Source: an uncultured archaeon (GTDB lineage: Archaea; Asgardarchaeota; Lokiarchaeia; Sigyniarchaeales; SOKP01). Taken from it: DNA of 10,227 bases. This document shows, piece after piece, positions 6,399-10,227 of the stretch. The DNA lies in contig CAYLZE010000117.1 in assembly GCA_964388035.1 (NCBI GenBank), positions 4,894 through 15,120 of the forward strand, given 5' to 3'. The notes under the pieces were generated by a model that saw only the letters and a list, made by a program, of their open reading frames with translations, made no database searches and was not told the DNA's origin. Numbering within the stretch: the first letter of the stretch is position 1; the number at the start of each line of letters is the position of its first letter. The translations under genes were made by a program, and so were the position numbers.

Positions 6399-7865
6399 TT
6401 AATCTCTTACAAGATCATGCGGTTTTTCTTCATTATATCCTACCACGGAAATAAATCCAATATCAGCATTCTTCATTTCTTCAATAGTTTTTGCCCCTGC
6501 ATAAATCATACCATTCATTAAACCTTCCTTTAAAGATAACATGACACCAGAAACATCGCCGACGAATGGAACGTAATCAGATACTCCTTCAGGGAGCATT
6601 TTTGACCCTTCGATATATCTATCGGCCACGTATCCAGAAGTGCGAGCTTCTTTGCTTCCCATACCACGATATATTTTTACTTTTCTGCCTTGAATAGTAT
6701 CCACATATCCCGGACTCTCTGTACAACCCGCAAAAAAGTGTCCTGACATGATGAGATCGGCACCAGCTGTAATTGCTTTTGGTAAATCACCGGGATTTTT
6801 GAATCCTCCATCAGCAATCAAAGTCATATTCGGATTATAATCATGAATCGCATCTGCAACTTGGGATGTAGCAAAGAGCGTAGGAGCTCCAACTCCGGTC
6901 TGTATTGATGTAGTACAGATGGACCCCGAACCCATACCCACTTTTAATCCCACGAATTTTTTCTCAATGAAATCGCATTTAGTTATTAAATGTTCTGCTG
7001 CTTTATAAGTACCAATATTTCCCAATACGAAATCGGATTCTAAAAGATTCATTAGTTTCTCAGTTCCTTTAATGTCTTGTTCCTTGAAAAAATCTGCCAC
7101 GTCTATAAAGAAAAAATCAACGTACTTATCAATTTCTTTTAATTTATTCTGCGCTTCCAAAGATTCGGGAAATTTAGGAGATAATGCTAATGCACATAAT
7201 AGGTGACCTTCTTCATCTTTTGAAGCTAAAGGAAAGTCAGGAGTTAAATCTTTTTTGGTAATTAATCCCTTTAAGTAGCCTTCTTTATTAATAATAGGTA
7301 GTTTTTCGACGCGATTTTGAAATAATATATCTAAAGCTTCTTCACGAGAAGCACCAGGTAATATTGAAATTACCTCTTTCGTCATGAAATCTTTAACCCT
7401 TCCATTTTTAAGGTTACTATCCATGAAAGGGATGTCTCTTCTAGTACAGATTCCACACACTCTATTATCATTATTTATAACCACAAGCCCACTGATTCCG
7501 TACGTCTCCATAATGTATTTTGCCTTAACAATAGGCTCCTCCAGATTTATTGTGGCTACATCCTCGATTACAAATGAGCGTGCTCTTTTTACCATTTTAA
7601 CCATTTCTAATTGGCGATCAAAGGAACAATTACGATGAATCACTCCCAGACCCCCCAATAGAGCCATTCTGATCGCCATGAGTTCCTCGGTTACCGAATC
7701 CATTGCTGCGGATAAGATTGGAATATTTAAAGTATATTTACCTAATTTAGATGAGATATCAACATCATTAGGGTTGAAGTATGTGTAATTGGGAAAAATT
7801 AAAATATCATCAAATGTCGCAATAAGCTCTTCATGGTGAAATTTTTTTCTAAATTTATCTGACAA
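6399..7865 (-). CDS. guaB: Inosine-5'-monophosphate dehydrogenase with CBS pair
   Basis: TFDDILIFP, IPILSAAMDSVTE, GGLGVIHRN, two CBS domains (GICTRRDI; VEKLPII...GLITKKD), catalytic Cys loop KVGMGSGSICTT, IADGG, FAGCTESPG, YRGMGS, flap RY dyad (ADRY), PEGV. TTG start is supported by the RBS GGTGATC at 7877-7871. Confidence 0.93.
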   Translation of the reverse strand: MSDKFRKKFHHEELIATFDDILIFPNYTYFNPNDVDISSKLGKYTLNIPILSAAMDSVTEELMAIRMALLGGLGVIHRNCSFDRQLEMVKMVKRARSFVIEDVATINLEEPIVKAKYIMETYGISGLVVINNDNRVCGICTRRDIPFMDSNLKNGRVKDFMTKEVISILPGASREEALDILFQNRVEKLPIINKEGYLKGLITKKDLTPDFPLASKDEEGHLLCALALSPKFPESLEAQNKLKEIDKYVDFFFIDVADFFKEQDIKGTEKLMNLLESDFVLGNIGTYKAAEHLITKCDFIEKKFVGLKVGMGSGSICTTSIQTGVGAPTLFATSQVADAIHDYNPNMTLIADGGFKNPGDLPKAITAGADLIMSGHFFAGCTESPGYVDTIQGRKVKIYRGMGSKEARTSGYVADRYIEGSKMLPEGVSDYVPFVGDVSGVMLSLKEGLMNGMIYAGAKTIEEMKNADIGFISVVGYNEEKPHDLVRD

Positions 7866-7870
7866 CGCAT

Positions 7871-7877
7871 GATCACC
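7871..7877 (-). promoter_or_regulatory. Shine-Dalgarno site (GGTGATC) of guaB
   Basis: Complementary to the conserved 16S 3' end GAUCACC and correctly spaced before TTG 7865. Confidence 0.65.
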
Positions 7878-7925
7878 GTTTTTATTTAAAATATAAATAA
7901 TAGAGATTAATAATAAGAATTAAAA

Positions 7926-7976
7926 TATAGTTATGAATTCATAATTATAAGATAAGCCCATTAATAAAATTTACGA
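7926..7976 (-). promoter_or_regulatory. Candidate guaB promoter (BRE/TATA at 7976-7961) with a downstream 24-bp near-perfect palindrome (7926-7949)
   Basis: The minus strand reads CGTAAAT-TTTATTAA. The palindrome TATAGTTATGAATTCATAATTATA has 11 of 12 pairs matched and a perfect 14-bp core at 7931-7944. Confidence 0.4.
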
Positions 7977-8002
7977 TTTTTCCAAAATCACGTTTCAGTT
8001 AA

Positions 8003-9166
8003 TTATTTGAACTCTGATGAGACTTCAATGCCCCTCTTCTTCAATTCCTCTACAAAGTATGTTCCTGGTACGGCTTTTTCAACTGGGATTGCACCTTTCG
8101 GTATTTTATTTTGTGCCATCATTTCTGCTACAATCGCAGCGTCCCATCCCGTAGTCCTTTCCATGGCAGTGAAACCCGTGGAATCATCATAAAAATCCAT
8201 TAAATTTACAACTACCGCCATTTCTTTACCGTTCTTCTTACCGGTACATTTTATTTTAATGACGACTAGATCTTTTTCTCCCGGAATCACCACTTTTGGT
8301 TCGAAAAGTGCATGAAATACATCTCTTGGAACGATTTCTTTATCTCCTATTTTTAAGGGAGTGAGATCCCATAATCCTAAATCCCAGTATGCTTTTAATT
8401 GGCTAAAATGGCCGGGGTATCTCACAGTTTTGTTTTGATACGTTTTTAATTTCCCTTCAAAGGTCCAAGGAGCAGTGGATGTTCCCCCTCCTGTAGTGAA
8501 CGCTTCTAATTTACCAACTGGTTCGGGGAATTCTACTTCCTCCAATTCTTCCATGGGTTGAACTTCCACGAGTTTTCCTTCTCTAATAAAGACGGAAGGC
8601 TCTGCATATTCGTTTGTTAATCCTTCAATATTGAAGGTTAAAAGATAATTAAAAGGTGGCTTGGGGTTTTGAGGAAGTCCCCCATCCCACATGAATACAT
8701 CTTGAGGCTGATCTAGTAAACTCATCGCATACACGCATAGAGTTGTGCCTAATCCAGGCACCTGTCCGCAATCAGGAACAATACTAATTCCCGCTTTTTT
8801 AGCTTCAGAATCCCGTTTAAGCTGCTCTTTTACTATATCGGTATTTCCCCCCAAATCACACATTGAGGCACCCGCTTCAATGGCACATTGAGTCAATCCG
8901 AAATTATTATAATAAGGAACTGCACTTAGAAACGCATCAATTCCTCGAAGAAGTTTTGTCGTTTCTTTTTGATTTTTAACATTGATTTTCTGAGGGATTG
9001 CAATTTGTTTATTTAATAATGAATTGACCCTTTTTGTTGCAGACTTGGCATTTTCCCAATTTAAATCCGCAATAATGATTTTCTCCGCCTCCCCCCATTT
9101 ACCCATATCATATGCTGCCGCAGTACCCTGTCTTCCGGCTCCTAATACGGCATAGCTATAAGTCAT
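8003..9166 (-). CDS. Saccharopine dehydrogenase / lysine 6-dehydrogenase family NAD(P)-dependent oxidoreductase
   Basis: Rossmann VLGAGRQG...IIIAD, SAVPYYNN, CDLGGN, VPDCGQVPGL, GGLPQNPKPPFNY..TFNIEGLTNEY, LEAFTTGGGTST, NKTVRYPGH, TGFTAMERTTGW. RBS AGGTGA at 9181-9176. The exact substrate cannot be determined from sequence. Confidence 0.9.
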   Translation of the reverse strand: MTYSYAVLGAGRQGTAAAYDMGKWGEAEKIIIADLNWENAKSATKRVNSLLNKQIAIPQKINVKNQKETTKLLRGIDAFLSAVPYYNNFGLTQCAIEAGASMCDLGGNTDIVKEQLKRDSEAKKAGISIVPDCGQVPGLGTTLCVYAMSLLDQPQDVFMWDGGLPQNPKPPFNYLLTFNIEGLTNEYAEPSVFIREGKLVEVQPMEELEEVEFPEPVGKLEAFTTGGGTSTAPWTFEGKLKTYQNKTVRYPGHFSQLKAYWDLGLWDLTPLKIGDKEIVPRDVFHALFEPKVVIPGEKDLVVIKIKCTGKKNGKEMAVVVNLMDFYDDSTGFTAMERTTGWDAAIVAEMMAQNKIPKGAIPVEKAVPGTYFVEELKKRGIEVSSEFK

Positions 9167-9175
9167 GATTAAAGT

Positions 9176-9181
9176 TCACCT
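9176..9181 (-). promoter_or_regulatory. Shine-Dalgarno site (AGGTGA) of the dehydrogenase gene
   Basis: AGGTGA lies 9 nt upstream of ATG 9166. Confidence 0.6.
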
Positions 9182-9330
9182 ATAATACTTATTCATCTAC
9201 TTGTAAATTATTGAAAATTAAAATTTTTTTAAATTTTTTAAATATAACAATCTTTTTATTAGAATTTAGAATGCTGCAAATTCTTTAAAAATGATTAAAA
9301 ATAAAATCCCATTATTTGTGAGGAAACAAT

Positions 9331-10227
9331 TCACATGTGAGTTAAGTTTTTACGAGGCAAGTTAATGATTCGCGGGTCGTTAAGATAGTAATCTAAAGTC
9401 TCTAGGAAGGATTCTCTATCTTCCTTGATATTGGAAGACTCAATAGAGCAATAATTCGACACGTGATCGTTGAAGACTTGAGAAGTAACGTTCGGACCTA
9501 AATTTGCTATAATATCCCTTTCTTCTTTCAAGCAATCAACTGGTTTTAATAACATGAATTTTTTACTTTTATAATCTTCCCATAAAGGCGTATTAGGTAA
9601 GATATTCAATGTCCTAAATCGGAAAATAGTGGGATTAATTTCTGTTAATACCCTTGCCGTCTCTTTCACGTGATCTTCAGAAAGTTCATAACTTCCTAAC
9701 CCCAAAATAATATATAATGAAAGCTTTATCCCAGCTTTTAATACTCTCTTTCCTGCCGTTATCATAGATTCTGCGTTGGTTCCTTTCTTCATTATTCGTA
9801 ATATCTTATTAGAGCCACTTTCCAAGCCCATGTATACGATATTAAGTCCAGCTTCGGATAATAATTTCAACTCCCCATCTGATTTTCTTAATATATCTAA
9901 TGCTTTTGCATAACAGCTAATTCTCGGAACATATTTTAATTTTTCTCTCACGTACTTTAAAATTTTTACTAAATATTCTGTTGGAGCCGAAGTGGGATTT
10001 CCTCCTGTAAGAAATACGGGATATCCATGATAATTTCTCTCTGCATAACTATCTATATCTCTCAATACATCCTCCAATGGTCTAATGGCATATTCTTGAA
10101 TTACACCATACACTCCACCATAGGTCCCACAAAAACGGCAGCGATTCCAAGAACACCCGCCTGTCACGGGAATCAACACGGAATATGCTTCAATTGGGGG
10201 TCTTATTATTATTTGTTCCGGGGGAAC
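9331..10227 (-). CDS. Radical SAM protein of the 'RPPxEAxS...GCSxNxCxFC' family; 5' end lies beyond the window
   Basis: The frame stays open from the track's GTG at 10179 to the window edge, adding VPPEQIIIRPPIEAYS, which carries the family's RPPxEA motif. Cluster motif CSWNRCRFC, VFLTGGNP, VYMGLESGS, MKKG, IILGLG, NDHVSNY. Confidence 0.9.
   Translation of the reverse strand, partial: VPPEQIIIRPPIEAYSVLIPVTGGCSWNRCRFCGTYGGVYGVIQEYAIRPLEDVLRDIDSYAERNYHGYPVFLTGGNPTSAPTEYLVKILKYVREKLKYVPRISCYAKALDILRKSDGELKLLSEAGLNIVYMGLESGSNKILRIMKKGTNAESMITAGKRVLKAGIKLSLYIILGLGSYELSEDHVKETARVLTEINPTIFRFRTLNILPNTPLWEDYKSKKFMLLKPVDCLKEERDIIANLGPNVTSQVFNDHVSNYCSIESSNIKEDRESFLETLDYYLNDPRIINLPRKNLTHM

Noticed and set aside
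6399-7865. GMP reductase (guaC) instead of IMPDH
   Set aside because: The flap Arg-Tyr dyad (ADRY) together with GSICTT and YRGMGS favours IMPDH.
7384-8192. Plus-strand ORFs 7384-7638 and 8007-8192
   Set aside because: Antisense shadows of guaB and the dehydrogenase gene.
9295-9333. Selenocysteine read-through of the radical SAM TGA stop
   Set aside because: Read-through adds only about 11 non-informative residues before a TAA, and no SECIS-like hairpin is evident.

Overview
AT-rich prokaryotic window with seven credible genes. The GGTGA-type ribosome-binding sites, BRE/TATA-like motifs and protein styles suggest an archaeon, plausibly an Asgard/Lokiarchaeia-like lineage (inference, not proven). 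The right half is a minus-strand run of metabolic genes: a radical SAM protein (5' end outside the window), a saccharopine/lysine dehydrogenase-family oxidoreductase, IMP dehydrogenase (guaB) and bifunctional purH. The left half holds uncharacterised genes: a 4-TM membrane protein with a bacterial-PH-like C-terminus, a divergent 910-aa protein, and a convergent small winged-helix protein. The most interesting item is the 910-aa protein. It has N-terminal HEAT repeats, about 8 tandem winged-helix/PCI-like units and a helical C-terminus. By eye, the winged-helix units resemble the eukaryotic UFM1 E3 ligase subunits UFL1 and DDRGK1, including a DDRGK-like motif GIYDKKGEIFYYT. A perfect 14-bp tandem repeat runs off the left edge, and there are a few intergenic palindromes. 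All homology calls are from motif recognition, not database searches.
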